A stretch of 64,000 nt of DNA from Mobula hypostoma (GCF_963921235.1 NC_086108.1:52516001-52580000); one strand, 5' to 3'. Shown: positions 12,912 through 25,348, counted from the stretch's first letter. Made by a program: numbers and translations. Notes: a model not told the origin generated them from the sequence alone.

Positions 12912-13651
12912 AGAGCTGAATCCAATGTATGACGGATATCTCCAGCATGATGCACAGGAAGTTTTGCAGTGTATTTTAGGATACATCTTAGAAGCTTGCC
13001 AGTTATTGAAGAGTCATGCATCTGCTGAAGAAAAGATTGATCCTGAAACATGTGTGGAGAATAAAATATCCACTGAAATCGCTGAAATATCTTCTGAAAT
13101 CTCAAGCGTCAGAAATGTTGTTGTACAAGAAAACCATGAAATGCCCGATCTGGAGAAAGAGGAAACGCTGAAGAAGAAAAATGGTAAAAGAAAAAGTGTT
13201 ACGCAAGAGGGCAATGCCATGAAAAGGTCTAAACTGCCAAAAGATCCAAAAAATATACAAGGGAAGCGACAAACTAAAGGGAAGAGAAAATCTTCGGGAG
13301 ACAATATTGAGCAAGAGTTTGATACTGATACTAGGAATGTATCTGAAAATAGCACTGCTGGCATGGTTGCCCAGAAAAAGACACGACTTGGGTTAAGGTG
13401 GCTGAAGCCAACAGTGAACCAGCCAAGTATACTTTCAAAATTCTGTAGTCTTGGAAAAGTGACATCAACCATAAGCACAAAAGAACCAAGTAACAATGAT
13501 GCAAGTGGATGTCAGCCAAATTATGCTGTAAACTCAGTGGTGACAGATTACCACTGTTCTTCATCAGGCTCTGCAACCCAATGTGATAAGGAAATCAGTG
13601 AGAAAAATCAAGACCTGTGTGAAATTGAGGGTACGAGCACAAGTAAAGCAG
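12912..13651 (+). CDS. USP1: USP1 exon 6 (large insert-1 exon)
   Basis: ELNPMYDGYLQHDAQEVLQCILG...QPSILSKFCSLGK; tttag acceptor, gttagt donor, phases 2/1 consistent. Confidence 0.96.
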
Positions 13652-14194
13652 GTTAGTAAGTCTACAAGTTGCATTACATTTTTTTCTTTTGAACCAAATC
13701 AAGGATTCATTGATTTTCTTAATTGACATTTCGTAATGCCATTTGTAAGTTGGACCCATCTAAATAAATATTCTGGGAATGGTGCCATTATTAATAAACA
13801 TTTTTCTACATAGAGTTGTAAGAAGGTAAATAAGAGCGGGGGGGGGGTGCGTGAAGAAAAGGAAAGCTACAAAATGCAAATACGTTGAAAGTTAAGAAGA
13901 ATGGGAGATGCATGTTGAGATCTTATCAAAAAGCCATCTGGTTAATATTAAAACATACTTGTAATTTACAGTTATACAGTACAGTAGTTAACATCTTTTC
14001 CACTGAACTTGGTAGGTTTGAAGGAACACGATAAACTACTAGGTGAGTTTTTAAGGTACTGTAGGAACCAAAGTCTGTGTGTTGGAGAGTGTGGTAATTG
14101 AGGCTCCAAAGCATCAGGATTTCTGAACAGTTGGATAGTGATTTAGTGATCAGCCAGCTAATACTCTACATTTGGAGTTTTATTTAAAGTTGCA

Positions 14195-14648
14195 TGTGAA
14201 GGATTGGGATAAAATGGCTCTGGGCCTGTATTCACTAGAATTAAGAAGAATAATGGGTAACCTTATTGAAACCTATCGAATGGTGAAAGGTCTTGATAGA
14301 ATGGATATGGAGAGGATGTTTTCTATGATGGGAGAGTCTAAGACCTGAGGACATAGCCTCAGAATAGAGGGGTGTTCTTTTAGAATGGAGATGTGGAGGA
14401 ATTTCTTTAGCCAGAGAGTGGTGAGTCTGTGGAATTCTTTGCCACAGGCAACAGTGGAGGCCAAGTCTTTATGTGTATTTAAGGCAAAGGTCGATAGATT
14501 CTTGATCGGTCAGGGCATGAAGGAATATGGGGAATATGGGGAGAAGGCCAGAGATTGGGGCTGAGAGGAAAATTGGATCAGCCACGATAAATTGGCACAG
14601 ACTCGATGGGCCAAAAGGGCCTATTCTGCTCCTATATTGTATGGTATT
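14195..14648 (+). mobile_element. CR1 LINE 3' fragment
   Basis: Typical CR1 3' end (gaggaatttctttagccagagagtggtg...gactcgatgggccaaaagggcctattctgctcctat). Confidence 0.75.
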
Positions 14649-15378
14649 ACAGCTTTACAGCTTTTTGATAATTGATTATTTTCCAACACATTTCCTATTT
14701 AAAACTAAGATCTGACTAATGAAGGTGACGCTGCTGAGTATTTTTATAGAAGATGCAAGCTACTTATTTCCTTATTTGTATAACTATATTCCACATGGCA
14801 TACTTTTAATGCTTGTGGACAATTCAATCATTTTTCCATGTTAGTACAATGATTAGGTACAATGGTATTGTAAAATATCAAAGGGGAATCTATTTCCTCC
14901 TTTAATCGGGTTTATAATTGTGGCCCTCCGCAGGAGAAAGTTTGAAATGCTTTTCTTGTCTCTGGATTGTATCACATCATTCGAAACTGTATTTGAGCTT
15001 TAGTGTTTCTCTTTTTCTTTCAATTTGTGATCAACTGTTGTTTAGTTGGAATTTACAGAGGAAGTACTCAATTGCCGTTTAAATTTTATGATGAGATTTG
15101 TATGTGGCATTCCATATATAGAAATGCTTCCTATACAATACTTAATGGTTTCTAGCATTTGTTGCCTCATTCATAATGTCTCAGCAAATAATTTGGTTTG
15201 CTGATATCTGTTCCAGTGGATAAAACAAAAAGATATGAAATATTCTGACAGGCAAGTGTGCAGGAACTTTACCTTTTGCAAATTATCTGTTTCAAAAATT
15301 TCAACTCTCTTGGCTCCACAGACACATGGTTTCTGTTTTACAAACTGTTGTTTTAACAGTTGCTTTTTGTTTGTCTAG

Positions 15379-15537
15379 AGCTGTCTGGCTTAGAGATGAT
15401 AGATGGAATGTTCCAAGGACAATTAGTCCTAAGGACACGATGCTTAGAGTGTGAGTGTTACTCTGAGCGAAGAGAGAATTTCCAAGACATTAGTGTACCT
15501 GTTCAAGAGAATGACACCAAGGACAAAGGATCTGAGA
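15379..15537 (+). CDS. USP1: USP1 exon 7
   Basis: FQGQLVLRTRCLECECYSERRENFQDISVPVQE; ctag acceptor, gtaagt donor, phase 1/1. Confidence 0.96.
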
Positions 15538-15964
15538 GTAAGTTATTAAATAAATAGACTTCTACCATTACTGTGGCAACCTGGAAATAACTTGATTTGC
15601 AGTTAGTAAATGCAGTATTTAATTTTATAGTGGTGCAGCATCTGATTTTAGTGCTGGAAATCTGATATAAAAGTAGAAAATGGTGGAAGTACTTAACCTG
15701 CTGGGTATTCTCTCCTTTCCCTATTTATCTTTTTCTCTTGCACTTGGGTAGATTGGAGGAAGACTGAGAGTAGTGGTGGAGAGGTGTTATTCTGACCAAA
15801 GGTTTGTGACCATTGGTGTTGATAGTGTATTGTTTGTGTGTGGTCAACATAGATTGGCAGAGTTGTACGTTTGTAGAAAACTTGGTTATTAAATGATTAA
15901 GCAGTATATAGTTCAGTTGGAAATGTTGACAAAGAAATCACAGATGGAGTTTAATCTGAACAAG

Positions 15965-16086
15965 TATTATTGCCCTGGATTTAAAACTAGGATGGAATTT
16001 ATGAATGACATAATCATCAGGAGTCAAGAGATGCTGAAGAGTGACAAGGATCCCAAAACAGACCAGGTAATTCAGAAGGAAAATAA
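15965..16086 (+). pseudogene. Intronic duplicate of USP1 exon 4 plus 20 nt of the following intron
   Basis: 122-bp match to 10151-10272 with 4 substitutions, including the gtaatt donor. Confidence 0.92.
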
Positions 16087-16197
16087 GATTAATTAAGATT
16101 AAACAATGTCACGAGCCTTGTGGCCCATCAGGCCGGTGCTTATGCTGGTTTACGTGGCGTGAAGCGACTGAGAGTATAAGACCCCCCCCCCCCGATA

Positions 16198-16347
16198 GGC
16201 GTGTGGCCAAGTGATTAGGGCGTTGGACTAGCAATCTGAGGGTCGTGGGTTCGAGCCTCGACTGAGGCAGCGTGTGTGTCCTTGAGCAAGGCACTTAACC
16301 ACACAATGCTCAGTCTACCCAGCTGAGAATGGGTACTGACAAAAATG
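16198..16347 (+). mobile_element. tRNA-derived SINE
   Basis: A-box-like tggccaagtga, B-box ggttcgagcc, followed by the SINE core gtgtccttgagcaaggcacttaaccac. Confidence 0.75.
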
Positions 16348-16747
16348 CTGAAAAAGCGTGTGCAAGCAAGGAGGCCTACAAACCTGACTCAGTTACACCA
16401 GTTCTGTCTGGAGGAATGGAACAAAATTCCAGCAACTTACTGTGAGAAGCTTGTGGAAGGCTACCCAAAACATTTGACCCAAGTTAAACATTTTAAAGGC
16501 AATGCTACCAAATACTAACAAAGTGTATGTAAACTTCTGACCCACTGAGAAAGTGATGGAAGAAATAAAAGCTGAAATAAATCATTCTCTCTACTATTAT
16601 TCTGACATTTCACATTCTTAAAATAAAGTAGTGATCCTAACTGACCTAAGCCAGGGAATGTTTTCTAGGATTAAATGTCAGGAATTTTTGAAAAACTGAG
16701 TTTAAATGTATTTGCTTAAGGTGTATGTAAACTTCTGACTTCAACTG
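16348..16747 (+). mobile_element. Right half of a Sleeping Beauty-like Tc1 transposon
   Basis: 16348-16518 encodes LKKRVQARRPTNLTQLHQFCLEEWNKIPATYCEKLVEGYPKHLTQVKHFKGNATKY*; full right IR/DR with two gtgtatgtaaacttctgac repeats ending ttcaactg, then TA. Confidence 0.9.
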
Positions 16748-16991
16748 TACATGTAAAATTCAGTAAAAATATTGTTTAAAAAAAATCTGACCTTATGGGG
16801 ACAGGGAGTGGAACTACTTGGATTGTTTATACACAACTGATAGGAATCAACAGACCAAATGGTCTCCTTCCAACTGAATCACTGGGGAGTCAGTCTGTGA
16901 AGTCTCTTGAGGCTGATTCTAGGAACTAAAGGGAAAAATTACAAGAAAAGTTGGAGTGATTTTTTGATTTTTGTAATTCCATTTCTTCCAG

Positions 16992-17193
16992 TCTCACCAG
17001 AACCGAAGATGGAGATAAAAACACTGAACTGGGCAATATCACAGTTTGCTTCAGTGGAAAGAATCGTTGGTGAAGACAAATATTTCTGTGAAAACTGTCA
17101 TCATTACACAGAAGCTGAACGCAGCTTGTTGTTTGACAAGATGCCAGAAGTTGTGACAATCCACTTAAAGTGCTTCGCAGCATGTAACTCGGA
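16992..17193 (+). CDS. USP1: USP1 exon 8
   Basis: (I)SPEPKMEIKTLNWAISQFASVERIVGEDKYFCENCHHYTEAERSLLFDKMPEVVTIHLKCFAA; ccag acceptor, gtaagt donor. Confidence 0.97.
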
Positions 17194-18194
17194 GTAAGTA
17201 TGAAAATTGATTAAATCAATGTAATCTGTTTTATACTGCTACCCCCAACACTTTTCTTTGCTCTTTGTTATAAATAGCCATCATATTTGACTGAAAGCTA
17301 GAGGGATAACAATTTCACATTCCTGTGTATTATTTAAGAATATGAACAATTTCTCTGTTCCCCCAGTAGTGCAAAGTATTTATTTTTCAGGTGAAGAGAA
17401 TGACGGATAGGGGTGGGTAGTTGTTTATTGATAGTATGCCAATGTTGGCTGCTTTGTTCTGGATAGTTTGAAGCTCCTTGAGAATAATTGCAGTTGTATC
17501 CCTCCAGGCAGGTGTGGAGTATTCATTTGCAGCCTTGACTTTGAGCATATAGATGGTGAAAAAAATTTGCAGTAGTAGGAAGTCAGTCATTTGGTGCTGC
17601 TCAACCAGCCTCTGACCTTCTCTTGCCAGCACACATTATTTGTGGTTGGACCAGTTGAGTTTCTGCTGAATAATGTCTCAATTTTTGACGGTGGGGTAAT
17701 CTGGCATTGAATGTTGATTGCCTTTGTTGGAGATAATCATTGTTTGGCACTTCTGAGATACAGAGAAGCAGAAGAATGGACCATTTTTAGAGGTCATCTA
17801 TGTGAAATTACTTTTTTCATGGACTAGATATAGCAACTAAGGCTACATGCAAAATATTATACGAACCTACATTAGAGTCGTAGAGGCAGTGGGCTCTTTG
17901 GCCCAACTGGTGATCCTCTCTAGTAACTTAGCTACTACAGACGTTAGACTTACTGTCCTACAGTTCCCAGAATTTTATTGGTTGCTGCCCTTTTTTTTTT
18001 AAAGTAAAGGCCCAATATCCTCCACCATACCAGCGCCTCACTCATGGTTAGCATTGATGCAAATACCTCTGAGCTCTTCCAATTTCTTTAGCCTACCACT
18101 GTATTCTTGGATTTATACGGTCAGGCTCTGGAGATTTGCCTACCTTCATAACTTTTAAAATTTGGAGCATGTCCTGCACTGAGAAAAGATTAAA

Positions 18195-18400
18195 AAAGAT
18201 TAGCTTTATTTGTCACATGTTCATTGAAACATACAGTGAAATGCGTCAGAGTGTCACCATGCTTACAGACCAACAAGGCATGGCCAGAACTTACTTACCA
18301 TAACCCATTCATCTTTGGAATGTGGGAGGAAACTGGAGGCACCCTGAGGAAATCCACACGGTCACGGGGAGAACATACAGATTCCTTACAGACAGTACTA
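18195..18400 (-). mobile_element. V-SINE/HE1-like SINE remnant
   Basis: tctttggaatgtgggaggaaactggag..cacc..gaggaaatccacacggtcacggggagaacatacaga core; related copy near 44170-44330. Confidence 0.6.
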
Positions 18401-18533
18401 GGGTCTTCCAGCTGTTTTTGCAGAGCTTTACCCTAACCTTTACACTACTATGTCTGCAATGTGGACTACTGCCCAAGACCTCTCCATTCATATCTCACTC
18501 TCCCTCTCTCGTTATAATTTCTCCATTAAAATA

Positions 18534-19458
18534 CAGTCGGCCCTCCTTATCCGCAAGGGATTGGTTCCGGGACCCCTTGCAGATACCAAAAAATGCGGAT
18601 GCTCAAGTCCCTTATTCAACCTGTCTAAATGCAGTGGGACTTTAGGACCCAGTGGAACCCTGGACCTTATTTAACCTGTCTCAGTGCGGTGGACATTAGG
18701 ACCCAGCGGCGGAGCTCTGAATCCACAGTGTTTCCATTCACGAAAATAATCACAATCGCAATTTAAAATAAAGTGGAAATAATAAAGCGATCGGAAAGAG
18801 GTGAAATGCCATCGGTCATTAGAAAGGCGTTAGGCTACAGTCGGTCAACGATCGGAACAATTTTAAAGGATAAAATGAGAAAGGCCCTGCCCCGATGAAA
18901 GCTACAATTATTACTAAGCAACACAGGGGTTTAATTATTGGGTTTTGGGTTTTTGATCCTTCACATCAACCCGGCAAGGATGGACAGCACGCTTGGGAGC
19001 GATCTGTCACTGGATCGAACTCGGGAATTTCCATTCCCGAGCCCGGCGCTGAAACATACATCTCTTAAGTGTTTTTTATGCATAGAAAGGTAAAATATAT
19101 ACTATATACTAAGACAAACGTTTGACTAACTGACGCTAAATAATACCAGATGTACCTGTTCCAACTTACTTAGTAAGAGAACTTACGGGTTTTTTTTTGA
19201 TCCCGATCCATGACAACCTATGCACATCCTCCTGTATACTTTAAACCATCTCTAGGTTACTTATAATATCTAATACAATGTAAATGTAAATGCTATGTAA
19301 AATAGTTGTTATACTGCATTGTTTAGGGAATAATGACAAGAAAAAAAAAGTCTGTACATGTTCGAACAACAAGTGCTGGAAGTGCACTTCCGGGTTTTCT
19401 TGATTCGCGGTTGGTTGAATTCGCACATGCGGAACTCACGGGTAAGGAGGGCTGACTG
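18534..19458 (+). mobile_element. Tigger/pogo (MER2/Tigger3-like) internally deleted DNA transposon
   Basis: TA TSDs; TIRs cagtcggccctccttatcc / ggtaaggagggctgactg; CENP-B-type HTH remnant KVEIIKRSERGEMPSVIRKALGYSRSTIGTILKDK at about 18770-18875. Confidence 0.88.
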
Positions 19459-20039
19459 TACTTAATTTCTTTGGCTTATCCTTTATTTTCTCAGCCAAAG
19501 TTATTTCACGCTTCCTTTATCTCCTTCCAATGCCAACATACACCAAATGCTGGAACAATTCAGCAGGGCAGGCAACATCTATGGAAATGAATAAACAGTC
19601 AACATTTTGGGCTGTGACCCTTCTTCAGGGCCTCAATTTCCTATGACATTCTCCTAGCATATGACACTGGAAGTAATCCAGAGATTACTACTCTCAAGGT
19701 CCTGCTTTTTAACTTCCTCCCTTGTTCCCTATATTTACTCTGCAGGACTTCATCCCTTTATCTACCTATGTTATTTGTGCCAATCTGCACCATTTTTGGA
19801 TGTTTATCCTCCACCTTGAGAATGTTACATGCAGAATTAATGCATTTGTCACAAATTACCAGAGCTGGAAAACATATTTAATGCACCGTCCCTATCTAAA
19901 AGAGTAGAAGTTTCAGTTTATGATTGTGACATTAGAATGTAATCCAGTGTTTAAATATTTGGAGTCTGTGGCCAGCATTGAATTCATGAATGATCTTGAG
20001 ATTCCCACAAAATCCAACCATGTTTTAGACTTTAGAGAG

Positions 20040-21420
20040 TCATTTGGTCCAACTCATCCTTGCTGACCAACACTAATTCCATTTACCTGCAGTAGCCCCA
20101 CCTACATCATTCTACTCCTTTCCTATCCAAGTTCAAATTCCTTTTTAAAATGTGTAATTGTATATACCTTTACCACTTTATCTGGCAGTTCATTCTGTAT
20201 AATCATTTCCCTCTGTGGAAAATCTCACTCTTGAATCTTCTTTTAATTTCTCTCCCCTCACCTTAAACATGCCCTCTAGTGTTTACACTTCTCTTCCCTG
20301 GGGAAAAAGCTTCTGCCTATACTGTCTATGCCTTCAGAATTTTATATTCCTCCACGTCTCTCAGCTTACATTTCAGTGAGAATAGACCCAGCCTATCCAA
20401 TCTCTTTTAAGTTAAGACTTCTATTCCAGACAACATGCTAATGAATCTCCTTTGAACTCTTTCTAATCCTGCCACATTGTTCCTGTAGTATGGTGACTGG
20501 AACTGTACATTGTTCTGTGTGGCTTGACCAATGTTTAGTGAAGTTGTAATATGAAGGCAAAATGCCAAGTGCCACCTTCCCTACGCTCTCTACCTGTATT
20601 GCCATTTTTAGGGAGCTGTGAACTTACACCCCAAGATCTCTACCATTTATTATACATGTCCTGTTAGTGTTTGATTTCCCCAAATGCATTACCTTCATCT
20701 GTCTGAATTAAATTCCCTTTGCCTCCCTACCCAACTCCCACTGTGTCTCTCACAATCTTCACTATCTACTGCTCCACCAATTTTTATGTCACCAGTGACC
20801 CTACTGAAAAGTCTACCATATATGATAAGTTTCTGACAAATAACAACGGTCCCAGCACCAGTCCCTCTGGTAAATCACTAGTTACTGACTAGTCAGAAAA
20901 AGTGCCCCATGATCACTTGTTCCATATAACCAGCACACTCTGTGTAGGAAAAACTTGCTCCTTGGATCTCCTTTAAATTTCTCCTGTTAAACCAATTTAA
21001 GCTCATCAATTTGCTTATAACGTACTCAGAAGAACTCATCTGATTTGTGAGACAAGATTTCCCCTTGCACAAAATAATCAGCCTCTGCCTTTCCAAGAGA
21101 ACATTAATCCGTTCCTTAAATTTTTTTCCCCAATAGTTTTCATTTAATTGATGAAATGCTTATTGGTCTGTAGATTCCTGGCTCATCTCAACTGCCCTCT
21201 TTGAAAAAGGGAGTATCATTCGCTACCCTCTGTGGCTAATGAAGATGCAAGAATCTTTGTTAGAGCTCCAGCAATCTCCTCTCTTGCTTCCAAAAGCTTC
21301 TTGGGATTGATTTCATCAGATACTGAGAATATATTCACCTTTAATGGTGGCAATATCTCTCAACAGTTCCTCCTTCATGACAGATCTGTTCCACAGTATC
21401 AGTGTAATCCCCTCCAACTC
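20040..21420 (-). mobile_element. Decayed CR1 LINE fragments
   Basis: Reverse-complement CR1 3' region and RT remnants (e.g. LCKGKSCLTN); boundaries approximate. Confidence 0.6.
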
Positions 21421-22057
21421 TCCATCCTTCAAATCCTTGCTCCTGCTCATACCTCTTGGCTCCATGTATAAATTCAGCATTGTAATTGTTTTGCTTTCCA
21501 GTAAGCTGTTTGAAAAATGAGATCTCAGCTGTTGGAGATGTTACTCTCTGGAATTAGTTCACAAGGACAACAACTGTGAAGACTAATTCTCAGCAGTACA
21601 AACATTTTTAAACATTATACTGTGCTGCTTAAAGATCAAAACATAATTAGAAGGTGATATAACACAAAACTCTTGTTTTAAGCTGTTCATGTAAAGACAC
21701 TGCACTTAAGATAAAAAAAATTTTTGGGGCAAATCAATTCTAGATATATCTGTTATTAAGATTTATAATACAATACAAAGGGTCAGAGTTAGAGTTATTT
21801 TACAGCAGAACCAGTTCATATTCATCAGCTGGCATCAGTTCAAGTGAATGTTCTTCATATCATTGTAGAAGGCTACAACTGGAGGCGACTGTATTGGTTC
21901 TATTACCAAATCAACAAAAGAAACTTTGTAATTTCTACGAAACATGGAAACCCTCAAGTTGCTGTTATATTCATGCAGAAATAATGGTGAATGGCAGTTG
22001 TTGCACTTATAAAATCTAGACCTATATCATTGCCACTCATGGTCTCTTTGCTTTTAG

Positions 22058-22826
22058 GTTGGAACCTTATGGCAATCTCTCAAAAGTGAACACTCCCTTA
22101 CTGACTCCTCTTACACTTTCACTGGAAGAATGGAGTACTAAAGAGGCCAATGACAGCTATGAACTATTTGCTGTGGTTATGCATAATGGGGTGAGTATTA
22201 GTAGTGGTCATTACACAGCCTATATAAAAATGACATATCTTGGCAGTCAAGAGATGACCAATGAAGAACCTGCATTGAACTGTGCATATAGTACGAAACA
22301 GGAATCAGTCAGTGAAGAACAGGCAAAAATCTCTATTTATTCACATGAATATGATGATGGAGAAATATCAGTGAAATTAAAAGGAAACTTCCAAGCAGCA
22401 GCATCTGGTAAAACTACAAAGAAGAATGCAGAAAGTGTTGGACTCCTAGGTGGACAAAAAAAATTGTCTGGCTTTGAACCGTACGCCTCCAAGAATAAGA
22501 ATGACCCTGAAAAACCTGGTTTTGCACTGAAAGAAAATGACAAATTGGACCTGGTTAACCTTGAAGACAAATATAATGGTTTCCTCAACAGCCAAAGCAG
22601 TTTTAACAGTCTATGTGGAATACCAAAAATTGGAAGAAATACCCCAGAAAATGGGGTTCCTCAACGCTGCTGTAGTCTGCAGGAGTATGAAGGAAAATGG
22701 ATGTTGTTTGATGATGCCGAGGTGAAGCTTATAGATGAGCAAGATTTTCTCAACTCACTTTCTCCATCGACCTCTTGTACATCAACCCCATATTTGTTGT
22801 TTTATAAGAAAATGGCAAACCCATAA
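22058..22826 (+). CDS. USP1: USP1 last coding exon (His box, Gly-Gly autocleavage site, stop)
   Basis: LFAVVMHNGVSISSGHYTAY, VGLLGGQK, WMLFDDAEV, TPYLLFYKK; tttag acceptor; TAA at 22824-22826; spliced CDS totals 2442 nt. Confidence 0.97.
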
Positions 22827-25305
22827 AAAAATGAACTTTAAGAAATTTGCTCCAAGTAATTTCACTGCTTGTTGTTTAAGAGGATTACTTTCAAACCTTG
22901 CTAGTGAAGCTTCATGAATCAAGCATAATCAAAACAGTCTGATTAAAATAAGCCTCCAAATTGATATTTAACTGAAAATTGCAGGCTCTAAATTTCTGAA
23001 CATTAACACCACTACACTATTCACACAGATTATGTGCAAAATATAATTTTTTTTTGTCTCCTTAGGAGATGGTTTTGATTTTACAATTGTACTCCACCTC
23101 AATTTGTTTGGTTATAAGTTTTCAAAGGTGATTAAAATCACCACAGTTAAGTGTAAAACACCTTGTGATATTTATAACTGTCAACAATGTGATCGGCTAC
23201 ATTTTAGAAGGATGGTAAAAGGTAGAGTTTGACCTGAATCCCTCTGCCTGAACCTTCTTCCATCCCTAATGTTTCCAAGTACCTTGAGGAACTGCTGTGT
23301 TACTCCATCCAGAAGTCAAAGATAAGTATGATCACTGCCAGATATTTGCTATTTCTTCTGTTCCTATTTAGTTGGTTGAGATCAACTCTGAACAAACCTG
23401 AACTTTGGACTGCATATATAGTGCGGAAAGAATCTACTAAATTATAGTCTTGGCACTACTGCTGAGTTGTCTTAATAAAACCACACACCATTTAAAAGTT
23501 TATAAAGTTTGGCTCTTAATTCAAGCTTTTGATGTAGATGATTGTAGATACTTCATATCCTATCCTAAAAAAGGACCTTTCTTTCTAGGTTACTTTCTCA
23601 AAAATTCTCCACATGTTTAAGAATATGTATATTAAATCTGGAATATAGTCACTGATTTCTATTTTCTTAAACATTGTAATGTAGATAATTGTAAATATAA
23701 AACTTTGTACAAAATAACTATAAAGTTTAATTATACAACTAGTGTATAGTTCCTAAGGTATTTTAAAATCTACCCTATTAATTCACATCAAATTTGTAAA
23801 TGGACTTAAAGGTTATACATTGACTCCATTAACATTTATTTGAATTGACAAGCCTGCACGCTAATGTCGATATTATGTCTTGGGACTTCTTAAATTTCTC
23901 AGAAGTGATATGTTTAACATAATGTGAAGACTAAGCAAGGTCTATCAGTGTGTATTAGTAAACCACAGCAACATTACTGCTGCAAAAACTAACGTGTTTT
24001 TGTTTTACACATGTTTTACAACTCTTAATTAAAAGCAAAGGCCATTACCACAAATCTGATACCTACCATTATTTTTTACTTTAACATTGACAATTTGTCT
24101 TCAGTTTGTTTTCCTGAATTTAATAATTTCAGTGTTGTAATATAGAAATACTATTGTGATCATAAACTTTTTACTTCTGATTTGAACCTCACCTTGGATA
24201 TAACTTACTGTAGCATAATGAGCTAATGAAGTTCAATTATTTTTTCACTTCCTAATAAAACAATGGCAAAAGCATATAATGTATTATTACAAATAATTTC
24301 TTTAATACTTTCATTAACCTAAAGTGTACTATTGCATGCCAATTGTGTTAATTAGAATGTGAGCAGGTATTAACACCAATCCAAATCTATTGTTCACAAT
24401 TCCTGCAGTCATGCAATAATCCTGGCTAATATATATTTCTCACTTTTCTTTCCTAAAGGAATTCACATTCTAATATAAACCATGGATTATTCAATTGTAG
24501 GAAATTGCTATTATATCTCACTTTACTTTGGCATTAATATCATTGTAGTCTCATGTGAAATCAACTTTTGAACATGAGCTGAACCTGGAGAGATCTTCAG
24601 GTACAGTACTGCACTAAATCATATACTTGTTAATTTGAGGGAGTAAAATTTTGCATTAATCCAGAGCTGTTAAGTGTCGGAACTAATGTTTGATAGGAGT
24701 TTATTTAAAACATTCCTATCTTGGGTTATTACCAAGGCATACATTATGTGGGCTTAATTCCTCTTCATTAAGTAGAAGCTCTCTCAGTAATAAAACACTT
24801 GTATAAAAAGTGAACAGGCTGGAGCAAAGCAAATCAATGTACTAGATATTTAGTAATTTCATTATTTAATCGTACCTTTTTTTTTAGAAAATAATTGCCA
24901 ATTACACAACAAAACCTAACAAGGGATCTTGTTCAAATTTGATAAATAGTGCATGAGATAACAATATATAATGATACATAAATACATGACTGTTAGTGAA
25001 TCTGAACAATTGTAAATGCTCATGACAAAACAAACAACAGCACAATACTGAGACTTTGTGCAATCAAATGTAACCATAGCAGTATCAAAATAATCACTAG
25101 TACCATCACGGCTGACATTTATCCTTGCCTTCATATTTAAAGAAATGTAGTGTATTTAAAATATCCACACTTGTATAAAAATTTGAGGTATGAATTTGTT
25201 CCTTTTATGTACTTTTGATTACCATGTTTGTTGCCCGATGATGAAATGGAAAGGCTTTTATTGTATTCCTTCACATGCAATTGTAGATAAATGTCAAGTT
25301 CACTT
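22827..25305. other. Convergent 3' UTR region of USP1 (+) and DOCK7 (-)
   Basis: AT-rich, no recognisable TE; AATAAA on + at 23474, 24254, 24789; on - at 25257-25262, 24700-24705, 23835-23840. Confidence 0.7.
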
Positions 25306-25348
25306 TCAGATGTCCATTTTTCGAAGGCTTAGTCGACTGAAAGAATCC
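25306..25348 (-). CDS. DOCK7: DOCK7 last coding exon
   Basis: (R)DSFSRLSLRKMDI*, matching the DOCK7 C-terminus; ttacag acceptor. Confidence 0.93.

Noticed and set aside
13014..13496. 160-aa minus-strand ORF
   Set aside because: Antisense shadow of the A-rich USP1 exon 6; no independent motifs
16198..16270. tRNA gene
   Set aside because: Has A/B boxes but no good acceptor stem and runs into a SINE core; it is a SINE head
19595..19632. Additional hammerhead motifs (also about 30835-30870 and 30470-30505)
   Set aside because: Core boxes are mutated (AAAA for GAAA; CUGAUAA; CUGAUAC), so predicted inactive
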